Positions 1-11,336 of a stretch of 64,000 nt of DNA are shown piece by piece. The stretch is from Cyanophora paradoxa CCMP329. Taxonomy: Eukaryota; Plantae; Glaucophyta. The number at the start of each line of letters is the position of its first letter. The first letter of the stretch is position 1. The position numbers and the translations under genes were made by a program. Under the pieces are notes generated by a model. That model searched no databases. It saw nothing but the letters and a program-made list of their open reading frames with translations, and had not been told where the DNA came from. Where the stretch lies: positions 1-64,000 of the forward strand of contig QPMI01000392.1 in NCBI GenBank assembly GCA_004431415.1. The letters run 5' to 3'.

Positions 1-148
1 GAAAAAAGGACTGCAGGCGAATTCCTCCTCGCGATAAGCAACGAAGAAGACCGAGAACTTCTTGGGCAGCTGAGTTGCCGTAGACATATCCGGTTGAGTG
101 TGAAGAGTGATCGATAGTTGAAGGGGTTCCTGAGCTTCAGAGACCCGT

Positions 149-1572
149 TTGCAAAACGATGTCGAATCCATCGCAGCTTCTGGAGAGCTTTGGTGTCGCC
201 CAGAGCGTCCCAATTTGGAGTTCTTTCCAACGATGATTCTTGAACGACTGCATAAAGTATTGGGAAACACGAAGCAGTCCTTGATCAGGAGCGTCGAGGA
301 CGCCCGCGAGACCGATGACATCAAAAAGAGCGTCCAAAACGTCCAAGCACAAATGGCTCCAAGCTGTCAATGGGACACCAGAATCGACAGGTTCGCACTG
401 CTCCGACGTCGGCGTAGAATGGTGCACGTGAGCGCCGATAGAGTGATGCATATGTTGTGCGAGCGTCTCTGATTTTGACATCAGGACTTCGAAATACGAC
501 GCAAGAAAAACGGCACTTAAAAAGGCCCTATTCCTTATAGGAAGGAATATTTCACTCACTTGGAATAGGGATCCCTGGGCGCTCTGCAGCATATCGCTCA
601 TCTTGAACACAAGGTCGATGAAGCAGCTGATGCGTCAACCAACTGCTTTTTGACCTTCTCAGAAGGATCTTTCGCAAGTCGGATTCAGGTTTGATTCGAT
701 GAGGATGCCCCAACTGAAATCTTTCCCGCATTTCTGTTTTCGGCCTCAGATGCATCTTTGCAATGGAAGCTTCAGGTTCGACAAACCGAGAACAAGAAGC
801 AAGGATACAAATCGTTGGAGACTCGAGCTCGGAATTGAAGTGTGTGCTCGAAGACAAGATCGCAAAGCCGAAGAAGGATAACTTGTGCGCCAAATTGCGC
901 CCACATGGCTCACGGAATACAATGTTGCGAGCGATAAATGTTCCAGGCACCGAAGTTCAGCAGTGCTTGCACCCTGCGAAACATTTTCTTCCAAAACGTT
1001 ATTGGCAACCATACATGTACAAAGACCGATCAATATAACACACCTAGCTGAAAATCAGCCCTGTGCAATTGAGGATGGAGTTGGATGAAATCATTCTGGA
1101 CTTCTTGTCTGAGGTCATGAAATGCATTCACAACAGCCGCCTTCAGAAGCACTTCGGCTGGGGCACGGATTTGACAGATCAAGGCTGCGACAAAAATAGA
1201 TCAGCAACGTTTTATCACAAAAACGAATACCGAAGAATCAAAATTCACCAGCATGCATATATCCAAACACGATTAAGCGTGCAATTTGAACAGCTCTGTT
1301 ACGAAACGTGTCCTGCTCTTTTTCGTGCAGAAGCACAGTTTCGAGATCTTTGGTCAATTCCGCGACTCTTGCCCACGCCGCGAATATCGTTGTCGATGCT
1401 GCTCGGACACAGAGTGAATGAAGTGGTGATGACTTGTTTTCGGGATTATCTAGGGCACTGTCAGGTGACATGTGTCTTGACAAAAGAACGAAAACATACG
1501 TTCGATCATACACCTTTCAATGGGGCCTCTGGCAACGCGGCCGGCGGGCTCGGCATGGAACAGAGTGCCTAA
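149..1572 (+). CDS. Fragmented or spliced coding region of unknown function (ORF pieces 149-472, 763-1038, 1063-1572); probably begins upstream of the window
   Basis: Successive + strand ORFs with globular-looking composition in a lower-GC stretch; no recognisable motif; exon structure not resolved. Confidence 0.25.
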
Positions 1573-2215
1573 AACGCATTCTCGATGCACTAGGAAGCGA
1601 TTTACATCGTTAGTTCCCCGCGGTCCCGGTACCCGGGGTTTCGGCCGACCCCCGGCCGGGGCTTTTCGGTCGGACCTGGCGCGCCTGAGCCCCGCCCCGC
1701 GGGCCGAGGAGGCACGAATTCGCATCTGCAGTGAAGCCCGGGCTAATAGAGCGCTTCGTCTCTGCCGGAGCTCTCGTCGGGGGGCCCGAGCCCCGGGGGC
1801 GGGGCCCTGCGCCCTGGCGCGGCGCGAGCGCAGAGGCGGCTGCCGGGGATCGTTCCAAGCGTTCTTCTGATGCATTCCGAGCTAATAGAACGCATCGTCT
1901 GCGGGCGTAAACGCCGGCGCCGGGCTCCCTGGCCTCGGGTCGGGACGGTTTCGAATACGCCCGGGGCCGCTTTCCGCTGTCGCTTGAGCTTGATGCAGTG
2001 CGTCCTGCACGCTCAGAGCGAGCTGCGCGGCGTGCTCGCGGCTGCGCCGGCGCCGGGCAGAATATAATTATAATCACGTGCCTGAATTGGACCGTCGGAC
2101 CTGCAGCCCAGCGGCTGCAGCTGGCGGTCGAGCAGATAAGCATGTCGTTCGCTTTTGATTAGTGCCCCCGGTGGCCCAGTGGCTTTCGACCCCCGCGGTC
2201 TACTCATATATAACA

Positions 2216-3300
2216 ATGCCCCGCATCAAGGTAGGAAAATGATCATGAAAGCCCGCTGAATTCATATCTGCGATTCTTAGTTCTTTCGAGTTCGTTGAAC
2301 ATTGTAATTATACTTTGCAGCAAACTGCCAAGCGTGGCACCGGAAACAAGGCCCCGCGAAAGGCATTCAAGAGCTCCGGCGCCAGCGGCCTCAAGACCAA
2401 AGCCGCGCGGAAAAAGGCTGTGGGCGAGGGCGGAGTGAGAAAGCCGTTCCGGTCGGCCTGCTCTCTTCCCTACGTTTTATTTTCAAGAGAAAGTCCCGGC
2501 ACGTGAGAATCGCGCGCTCGCGCAGCCATCGCCCTGGGACGGTGGCAAAGCGCGAAATTGTGAAGTACGTTCAATGTTTTTATTTCACTCTTGTTCAAAT
2601 CTATTTAAATCTAGATCTGAGACAAATAAATTCTGAATGAAACCCCGCTCCTGTTCAGGTACCAGAAGACCTACAATGCCCTCATTCCGCTGGCCCCGTT
2701 CGGCCGCCTGGTACGTGTGGGGGCCCTTCAAAACTTGAAATTATCCTCTGCCGCCCGAGCCCTGTGCCCTGCTGTGCGGCGCGTGCACGTGCGCAGGTGC
2801 GCGAGCTCACGGCCGCGATGATCAAGGAAGACGTGGAGGCCGGTCTTCGTGAACAATCTGTCAACTTTCGGTTCACAAAGGTGCGCGCCCGTGCCGCAGT
2901 GCCGGGCGCGGGGGGGGTGCGAATAGCTGGCTGATTAATATTTCATGTCTTGCAGGACACTATCCGGGCCATTCGCGAGGCCGCCGAGGCGCACATCATT
3001 CGCTGGTTCGAGGGTGGTGTCCTCGCGGCCAAGCACCGCAAGCGAGTCACGGTCGGGTGCGCACGCGTAAGGTCTTGCCCTATTTTGATTACAAATGCCG
3101 CAGTGCCTCTTCCGTCCCTTGATTATAACTATAAGCATGGCTTAAGCTCCCTCTGCCAGGCTGCTTCTTTAATTATAATGTCACGCTCGGATTGATGCTA
3201 ATCGCGACTGTCCTAATCCTTGAATTTGGACAGCCCTGCAGACACGGATCTTGCGCGACGCTTGAAGGGAGACACGGCGGCCGACACCGAGAGCGCCTGA
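2216..3300 (+). CDS. H3: Divergent histone H3 variant, 7 exons (2216-2230, 2321-2451, 2526-2564, 2659-2710, 2797-2880, 2956-3056, 3234-3300), 162 aa
   Basis: Six GT..AG introns splice in frame to MPRIKQTAKRGTGNKAPRK...TKAARKK...GGVRKPFRHRPGTVAKREIVKYQK...LIPLAPFGRLVRE...FRF...IREAAEAHIIRWFE...HRKRVTVGPADTDLARRLKGD, colinear with canonical H3 (KAPRK, KAARK, RPGTVA, YQK, PFxRLVRE, KRVT, LARR). Confidence 0.93.
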
Positions 3301-3729
3301 AGCTTAAAATCGCGATAGAGACTCTGAGACAAATAGCTAGAATGCCGCCACCACGAGTTCTGGTCATGATCACGGTCACTTATTTACCAAGTCAGTGATC
3401 ATGAGCCGCCCTAGGCCTCGTCACGGCATGGCAGAATCGGGTGCTAAAGCTTGCAATCGATATCGATACTATGATAACACGTGAGCACTGAGCGCAGAAA
3501 GTCACACGGATCATAAAAGCACACTACGTACTGCACAGATCAGAAATCTACAAGTCTAGAGCGCGGGGAACATCGCATCAAATAGTCAACTAGGGCCTAG
3601 CTATAGGCTTCACTCTAGATCTAGATCTTACTAAAGAGCCAGAAAGAGAGAGGGCCAGAGTATTTAGATGATTGAAACGAAAAGGTTGAACTCTAAACAG
3701 CGTATAACGTGTGCTATTTTCGTTGCCGG

Positions 3730-6059
3730 TCAGTCGCCTTTGGCGCTGGCCTCGCCGGCGCCTTCGGCGGCCCCTTCCTCGCCCGACGCCTCGCTCTGCT
3801 CGTCCCCGTCCCCGTCCCCGTCGCTCTCGCCGGCCTCCCGAAGCTCCAGCACCGAGCCGTCAAAGACAAAGCCCTTGGCGCGCTGCACCTCTTCCGCGAG
3901 CCGCTCCCGGATCTGGTCCGCCCCCTCTTTCGTGCAGCCCTTCAGGAGCGGGAGGCAGCTGACAAAGTCGACGACCGATATGCCGCTCCCGCAGACGCGC
4001 GCAAGGCCAGGGAACCTCGTGAGCGTCTCTCCCAGCGCGCGGAGGTCGTTGTAGATCTCGGACTGCGCGAGCCTCGAGTGAGCGACGTCGAAAGCTCGCC
4101 GGGCCGGGTACGCGTGCTCGCGGCTGCAGCTAGGGGGCCCGCCCCCGCACCCTCCTCCCGCAAGGGAATTCGAAGCGACCTCACCTTTTGGGCGCTGACC
4201 TCGAGGCGAAAGCCGGCCGCCTGGAGGATGGCGTCGTACTTGGCGCAGAGGTGCTCGGCGCGGTAGGCGCCCCAGAGGCGGCGGTTGCGGCCGTAGCGCT
4301 CCGTGTAGGCCTGGTGGACGGCGAGGACGGAGCAGGCGATGAGCATGATGCAGCGGATCCGCTCCCGCCCCGCCTCTTCGATGCGGTTCAGGAGGGCCGC
4401 GCGGGCCTCCGGGCTGGCGTCGATCTGGCGCCCGATGAGCCCCGGGTCGATCCCCGCCTCGAGCCCAAAGTCGTAGGCCTCCAGCGACTCTGGGTCGAGC
4501 CCGCCCTCGCCCTCGCCCCCGCCCCCGGCGGGGCCCTCGGCGAGCTCGTCGGCGTCGTCCGCGCCGCCCTCGGCCCGCTCCGCCTCGGCGAGGGCCTTGC
4601 GCCAGCGCTCCGCGAGCTCCTTGCCCCGCGGGTCCGGCGAGCCGGCGCGCGAGCCGTCCTCCTCGCTGCCCGAGCCGCCGCCGCCGCCCCGCCGCCCTCG
4701 GGCCCGGCCTCGATGGCGAGGGGGGCCGCCGCCGCCTTGCCCTTGCCCTTGCCCTTGCCGCCGCCGCCGCTGCTGCCGCCGCCGCCGCCGCCGCTCCCGG
4801 CCGAGCTGCCCCCCTCCGACTCGGAGCGCGCGTCCTCGTCCTTGGGGCGCGTGTACGCGTTGTAGAGGACGCGGATGAGCTTGTCCGACTCCCACTCCTT
4901 GCGGCGGTCGCGCCCGGCGCCCCACTTGCTCCGCGCCGCCCGCCGCGCCGGCTTCGAGGGGCCGGCGCCCGAGCCGGACCCGGGGCCGGCGCCCTGCGCC
5001 GAGGCCGACGCCGACGCCGCCTCGGGGTCGGGGAGCTCGCCGGCTTGGGCGGGCGCAGCGTCTTGCGCCGCTCCAGCGCCCGCTCCTCGGCGCCGTCCTC
5101 CCCTCTTCCTGCTCGGCCGCCGACTCGCCCCGCGCCGGGCCCTTGGTCGACGTCGCGGCGCGCTTGGCGCGCGATCGCGAGGGCCCGGCGGCCGGCCCCT
5201 CCTCCTCCTTCTCCTCCCCCTCCTCCTCGGCGGCCGGGCCCGGCCCGAGGCGGCGCCCTTTTCCTTGCGCTTCTTGCCGCCCTGGGCCTTGGCGCCCGCG
5301 GCCGGCTCCCCGGGGCCAGGGGGGCGGCCGCCGGCGCCGGCGGCTGGGCGGCGGGCGCGGATCCGTCGGACGGGGCGGCGGCTCCGGGGCCAGAGCCAGA
5401 GCCCGAGCTCGGCCCGCCCGGCGGGGGCCGCGGGGCCGGGGCGGGGCCGCCGCCGCCGGCGGCGGCGGGGCGCGGGCCTCGGCGGCGGCCGCCTGGAAGC
5501 GCTCGAGGGCGTACGTGAGCGCCGTGCGGAGGCAGAGGTCGCCGGAGATCCACGAGGCGGCAAAGGCGGCGTCGTCGATGTAGGCGAGAAAGGAAAAGAG
5601 GGCGTCGATGCGGGAGCTGCAGACGAGGCCCGAGGCGGCCGGGTGGGGGTCGCCGCAGCTGGGGCAGGTGAAGAGGGGCGGCGAGGCGCCGCCCTCGGCG
5701 CTGACGGAGAGGAGGGTGAGGGCGCAGCTGAGGCAGACGAACGAGCCGGTCGAGTTGAACTTGAGGTCGTCGAGGGCGGGGCGCGGGTGCGCGTCGAGGG
5801 CCTCGTTGACGGACGAGGCGCCGGTCTTGGCGAGGAGGCGGGCGGCGGCGCAGGAGAGGAGGATCGGGGGGAGGATGCGCTCCGACTTGCAGCGGGCGCA
5901 GGCGGGGCGGCAGGAGAGGAGCGGGTCCCGCCCCAGGCTGATGAACGCGGGGAGGCTGACCTTGGCCGGCCGCGAGTCGAGGGGCGGGCAGCCGGACGCG
6001 CCGCCCGCCGCGCCCCGCGGGCTCGTCACCTGGGCCCCCGACGCCGGCTGCGACGCCAT
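3730..6059 (-). CDS. Large protein: N-terminal RING-like Cys domain, acidic low-complexity linker, conserved C-terminal helical domain (paralogue of 28855-31696); frame breaks from introns or indels
   Basis: CARC...CLSC...CPSC spacing; TATATA at ~6141-6148 upstream; C-terminal segments LWGAYRAEHLCAKYDAILQAAGFRLE and YNDLRALGETLTRFPGLA align with the 28855-31696 product; real frame moves between ORFs 3942-6059, 4388-5563 and 3730-6177. Confidence 0.62.
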
Positions 6060-6344
6060 CGCCGGAGGCAGGGGGAAGGAGGAGGACCCCGGCAGAAGGG
6101 GCCTGCGGGTCTCGTCGGGAGGATCGGGGGCCGGCGACTCCTATATATGCCCCATCGGGGCCCGCCGGGATGGGCAAAAGCGGGCAGACGGGGCGGCGGG
6201 GGTGAGGGGAGGGTACGGTGGGAAGGACGCGTGCCGGGCGGGGCGGCGGCCGGCGGTGGGCGATGGCCCGCGGGCCCCAACGACGGCGCGCGGGCCCCGC
6301 GGTGGGCGCCGCGAAACGGCGCCCGCCGAGAGTCGTCCGGTTTT

Positions 6345-7310
6345 GACCCGCCCGGTCGATTCCGGCTACGGCGCCTGTACCCCTGGGGCGGCCCGCGAGC
6401 CCGCGGTGAGACGAGGCGAGCGGCGGGGGGCGGGGCGAGCGGGGGTACGGACGGACCGGGCCCGCCGCTTATGGCCCGCCTGGTCGATTCCGGCTACGGC
6501 GCCTGTACCCCTGGGCGGGCCGGCAAGCACGTCGGTGAGACGAGGCGAGCGGCCAGAGGGTGCAGGGGGAGCGGGGGTACGGACGAACCGGGCCCCGCCG
6601 CTTATCGCCCGCCTGGTCGATTCCGGCTACGGCGCCTGTACCCCTGGGCCGGCCCGCGAGCCCTCGGTGAGACGAGGCGAGCGGCCAGAGGGTGCAGGGT
6701 ACGGACGAACCGGGCCCCGCCGCTTATGGCCCGCCTGGTCGATTCCGGCTACGGCGCCTGTACCCCTGGGCGGGCCCGTGAGCTCTTCGGTGAGACGCGG
6801 CGAGCGGCCAGAGGGTGCGGGGGAAGCAGGGGTACGGACGGACCGAGCCCCGTCGCTTATGGCCCGCCTGGTCGATTCCGGCTACGGCGCCTGTACCCCT
6901 GGGCGGACCGCGAGCTCTCGATGAGACGAGGCGAGCGGCCAGAGGGTGCGGGGGAAGCGGGGGTACGGAGGAACCGAGCCCCGCCGCTTATCGCCCGCCT
7001 GGTCGATTCCGGCTACGGCGCCTGTACCCCTGGGCGGGCCCGCGAGCTCTCGATGAGACGAGGCGACCGGCCAGAGGGTGCGGGGAAGCGGGGGTACGGA
7101 CGAACCGAGCCCCGCCGCTTATCGCCCGCCTGGTCGATTCCGGCTACGGCACCTGTACCCCTGGGCGGGCCCGCGAGCCCTCGGTGAGACGAGGCGAGCG
7201 GCCAGAGAGTGCGGGGGAAGCGGGGGTACGGACGAACCGAGCCCCGCCGCTTATGGCCCGCCTGGTCGATTCCGGCTACGGCGCCTGTACCCCTGGGCGG
7301 GCCCGCGAGC
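6345..7310 (+). repeat. Hub 1, type-A tandem array (8 units, ~130 bp; core CCTGGTCGATTCCGGCTACGGCGCCTGTACCCC)
   Basis: Cores at ~6352, 6479, 6612, 6734, 6867, 6998, 7129, 7261. Confidence 0.95.
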
Positions 7311-7429
7311 ACGTCGGTGAGACGAGGCGGCGGGTGCGCGAACTCTCTGTGAGATGGGGGCGAGCGGTCGGAGGGTGCGGAAGCGCGCGAAGGGGTGGGT
7401 CGAGAGGAAAGGCAAACGACAGCGTTAGC

Positions 7430-8195
7430 AGGGGTACACGCACCGTAGCCGGAATCGACCAGGCCGCCCCTACTGCGGGCCAGCGCCGCGGGCCGGACGG
7501 GGCGCCGAGTGAGCGAGGGCGGGGCGCGGAGAGGGCGCGTTGTGGGGTACACACGCCGTAGCCGGAATCGACCAGGCCGCCCCTACTGCGAGCCTGCTGC
7601 TGCGGGTCGAACGGGGCGCAGGGTGAGCGAGGGCGGGGCCACGCGAGGGGTCGAGAAAGGGGGGCACACACGCCGTAGCCGGAATCGACCAGGCCGCCCC
7701 TACTGAGAGCCAGCTGCTGCGGGCCGGACGGGCCGCCGAGTGAGCGAGGGCGGGGGCGGAGAAGGCGCGTTGGGGGTACACACGCCGTTGCCGGAATCGA
7801 CCAGGCCGCCCCTACTGAGAGCCAGCTGCGCGGGCCGTACGGGCCGCCGAGTGTGCGGGGGCGGGGGGCGCTCGAAGGGGGCGAGAGGCCAAGGGGGGTA
7901 CACACGCCGTTGCCGGAATCGACCAGGCCGCCCCTACTGCGAGCCTGCTGCTTCGGGCCGTACGGGTCGTCGAGTGAGCGAGGGAGGGGCGCTCGAAGGG
8001 GGCGAGAGACCTAGGGGGTACACACAGCGTAGCCGGAATCGACCAGGCCGCCCCTACTGAGAGCCTGCTGCTGCGGGCCGTACGGGCCGCCGAGTGAGCG
8101 AGGGCGGGGGCGCTCGAGGGGAGGGGGGGGGGGGCGAGAGACCTAGGGGGGTACACACAGCGTAGCCGGAATCGACCAGGCCGCCCCTACTGCGG
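7430..8195 (-). repeat. Hub 1, type-B tandem array (7 units, ~120 bp; CAGTAGGGGCGGCCTGGTCGATTCCGGCTACGGCGTGTGTACCCC)
   Basis: Reverse-complement cores at ~7448, 7561, 7678, 7790, 7912, 8032, 8165; degenerate copy ~8296. Confidence 0.95.
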
Positions 8196-9328
8196 GCCAG
8201 CGCTGCGATCGCTCTGGGTGAGCGATGGCGGGCGCGGACAAGGCGAGGAGCGCGGGCCGGTGGGGGAGGGAAAAAGAGCGGGGTGGACCGGCCGTACCCG
8301 GAATCGGCCCGATCGCTCTTCCGCGCCCCCGCGTGGGGTACGAGGCTCGTACGCGCCCGCCCAGCAGCGCTAGCGCCCCTCGAGCGCCGAGCCTGCCGAG
8401 GCGATGAGCACCGCACCGAGCTCGAGAGCTCGACGGGAAGAAAGGGAACCGGTCGAGGGGGTGCGCGGGCGCACTCCCCACGAGGCCCCGGGCGCTCTTG
8501 GCTCGCCCAGCGGGCCGGCTGCCGAGGGCTTGGCGTGGGCGGGGAAGAGGATCCAGAGGGGGCGCTCGAAGCGGGCGAGGCGCCGGGCCGCGCTCACCCT
8601 CGCGATGGACGCCCCGCCGCCGCTTGCGCCGCCGCCGCCGCAGGGCATCGGCCGGCTCCCCGTGCCGACCGACGTCCCGGCGCCCGGCCTCGCCAGGCCG
8701 CTGCCGCGCGTCCCGCCACCCGAGCAGGCGGCCCCGAAGCGCACCAAGCGATCCGCTCTGGGCGACGGGGCGCCGCGGCCCGGCGCCGAGGCCTGGGCCG
8801 GTTGAGCGCCGGCCGGCTCCGGCGGGCGGGCCCGGCCGGGGCGCGCGGGCGCGCGTAGGTATGAGCCGCTTTGGATTCGAACTGTACGCAGGAAGAGCTC
8901 GCGGGCGCGCAGAAACTTAATCCGGCGTCGGCGCCCTGCGGGGCGAGGGACAGAGGCACGTCAGCCGCAGCGGACTCCGGGATCGAAAGTTGCATGCGGG
9001 CCGCGGCCGCCGAGCAGGCTAGGACGAAAGGGAGGCGCACGAGCCGCGCGGGTAGCTGGAACCGCCCGAGGCGTGGCTCTCTCGGGAGAGCAGAAGGGAG
9101 GCTCGCGGCTCGGGCGCGACAGAGCGCCGCACGAGCAGCTCGTGGTCCGCTGCTCTCTGTGCGTGGGATCGCTGTGGTTTTCTCTGTGTCTGTTTTTTTG
9201 CGACCAAGTGTACCCCGCAGATTCGCCGCAGCAGTGTTGCAAGCTGCAGCCAGCTGCCGCCGCAGCCCCCCGCGCGCGTTCTCGCAACGCTGGCCAGCAG
9301 AGCCTTCATGCGCATGCGCAGCTCTTTC

Positions 9329-9492
9329 GGGGGGCCAGTTTGCAACGTTCTGATGGTGCACCGGCGCACCATCGAATTTCAACAGCACGCCGCGTCGCGC
9401 GCGTGCCCTCTGGCGCAGTCCATAGCGCCTGTAGGGCTCGAAAATCGCGTCGCCGCCCGCCCAGCTCGTGCTCGGGTCGAGCGCAGTCGACG
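9329..9492 (+). other. Conserved palindromic element P, copy 1 (palindrome 9349-9376)
   Basis: GGGGGCCAGTTTGCAACGTTCTGATGGTGCACCGGCGCACCATCGAATTTCAACAGCACGCC; near-identical to the copies at 31815 and 44934 (reverse). Confidence 0.9.
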
Positions 9493-9964
9493 AGGCCACG
9501 GCCACTGCTAGCTATTGATCTCCAGCGGCCCTCTGACGCTTCTACGACCCGACAACCCCACGGATGCGTGTCCCGTCGCACAGGCTGGGCGTCACGGCGA
9601 CCCTCGGCGGCCGCGGCGCTCGTGCGGCTACGCAGATGCAGCCGGCGCCCAAGGCGCACTTGTGGAGGTTCTCCGAGATTTAAACGCGCGCGCCGCAGCG
9701 CGGCCGGCCCCGGCGCGCCGCCGGCGCGCATCCGGCCATCGATCGGGCACGCCGCGTGCGGTGCGCAGCGTGCGGACCCGCGCGCTTCTCCGCCACACCC
9801 TCGCGAAGCGCTACGCGGGGTGGAGTGCGGGCGCGCCGGTTCCAGCGAGCAAGACGATCACCGAGTCGGCCGGCACCGCGCTCGGTCCGCCCCTCGCGGC
9901 TGCAGCGAGCCCCGCCTCCTTTTCCTCGGCCCGCTGCCACGCTCCGCGCGCCGCGGCGGCCCCT

Positions 9965-10425
9965 CGTGCGCCCCCGCCTTCGCTCACTCGGCAGCCCGTA
10001 CGGCCCGCGGCAGCTGGCTCGCAGTAGGGGCGGCCTGGTCGATTCCGGCTACGGTGTGTGTACCCCCCTAGGCCTCTCGCCCCCTTCGAGCGCCCCCGCC
10101 CCCCGCTCACTCGGCGGCCCGTGCGGCCCGCAGCAGCTGGCTCGCAGTAGGGGCGGCCTGGTCGATTCCGGCTACGGTGTGTGTACCCCTTAGGCCTCTC
10201 GCCCCCCTTCGAGCGCCCCCGCCCTCGCCCACTCGGCGGCCCGTACGGACCTGCAGCGCTGGCCCGCAGTAGGGGCGGCCTGGTCGATTCCGGCTACGGT
10301 GTGTGTACCCCCCAACGCGCCCTCTCCGCGCCCCGCCCTCGCTCACTCGGCGGCCCGTACAGATCGCAGCGCTGGCCCGCAGTAGGGGCGGTCTGGTCGA
10401 TTCCGGCTACGGCGTGTGTACCCCC
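9965..10425 (+). repeat. Hub 2, type-B tandem array (4 units)
   Basis: Cores at ~10035, 10157, 10279, 10392. Confidence 0.95.
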
Positions 10426-10499
10426 CTGCTGACGCTGTCATTTGCCTTTCCTCTCCACCCACCCCTTCGCGCGCTTCCGCACCCTCCGGCCGCGTGCCA

Positions 10500-11090
10500 C
10501 CGTCTCACCGAGAGCTCCCGGTCCGCCCAGGGGTACAGGCGCCGTAGCCGGAATCGACCAGGCGGGCCATAAGCGGCGGGGCTCGGTTCGTCCGTACCCC
10601 CGCTCGTCCCGCCCCCCCGCCGCTCGCCTCGTCTTACGGACGGGGCGAGCGGGCCGTCCAGGGGTACAGGCGCCGTAGCCGGAATCGACCAGGCGGGCCA
10701 TAAGCGGCGGGGCTCGGTCCGTCCGTACCCCCTCTTCCCCCGCCCCCCGCCGCTCGTCCCCGTCTCATCGAGAGCTCGTGGGCCCGCCCAGGGGTACAGG
10801 CGCCGTAGCCGGAATCGACCAGGCGGGCCATAAGCGGCGGGCTCGGTCCGTCCGTACCCCCGCTCTCCCCGCGCCCCCGCCGCCCGCCTCGTCTCACCGA
10901 GAGCTCTCGGACCCGTCCAGGGGTACGGGCACCGTAGCCGGAATCGACCAGGCGGGCGATAAGCGGCGGGGCTCGGTTCGTCCGTACCCCCGCTCTCCCT
11001 GCCCCCCTGCCGATCGCCTCGTCTCACCGAGAGCTCTCGGGCCCGTCCAGGGGCACCGGCGCCGTTGCCGGAATCGACCAGGCGGGCTAT
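10500..11090 (-). repeat. Hub 2, type-A tandem array (5 units)
   Basis: Reverse cores at ~10547, 10678, 10807, 10936, 11067; the B/A junction 10426-10500 is the reverse complement of the hub 1 junction 7370-7430. Confidence 0.95.
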
Positions 11091-11336
11091 CTGGCAGCAG
11101 GGCCCGGCCCGCACCATCCCCCTCGAGCTCCCCCCCCCCCCCCCCCTTCCGCTATGGTCACACGCCCGGCCCGGTTGTGATTCTGATCGCGATCAACTCA
11201 AACCCGCGCCCTGAACGCCAACTGTACATCTACCTAGCTGCCTAGCTGCCTGTCTACCTGTCCAAGCACGTGCATGGGCCTTGGCATGGGCGGGCCCCCG
11301 ATAGAGGGCGAGCCCGTCCGACCCCGTCGGGCGGCC

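Noticed and set aside
8404-10027. ORFs 8404-8805 and 9515-10027 flanking P copy 1
   Set aside because: No recognisable motif or promoter, and not conserved next to the other P copies; cannot be supported
6345-11117. ORFs with repeated ARLVDSGYGACTPG / AWSIPATA / GRFRLRRLYP peptides (also in the other hubs)
   Set aside because: Translations of the DNA repeats; unit lengths are mostly not multiples of three and all frames give such ORFs
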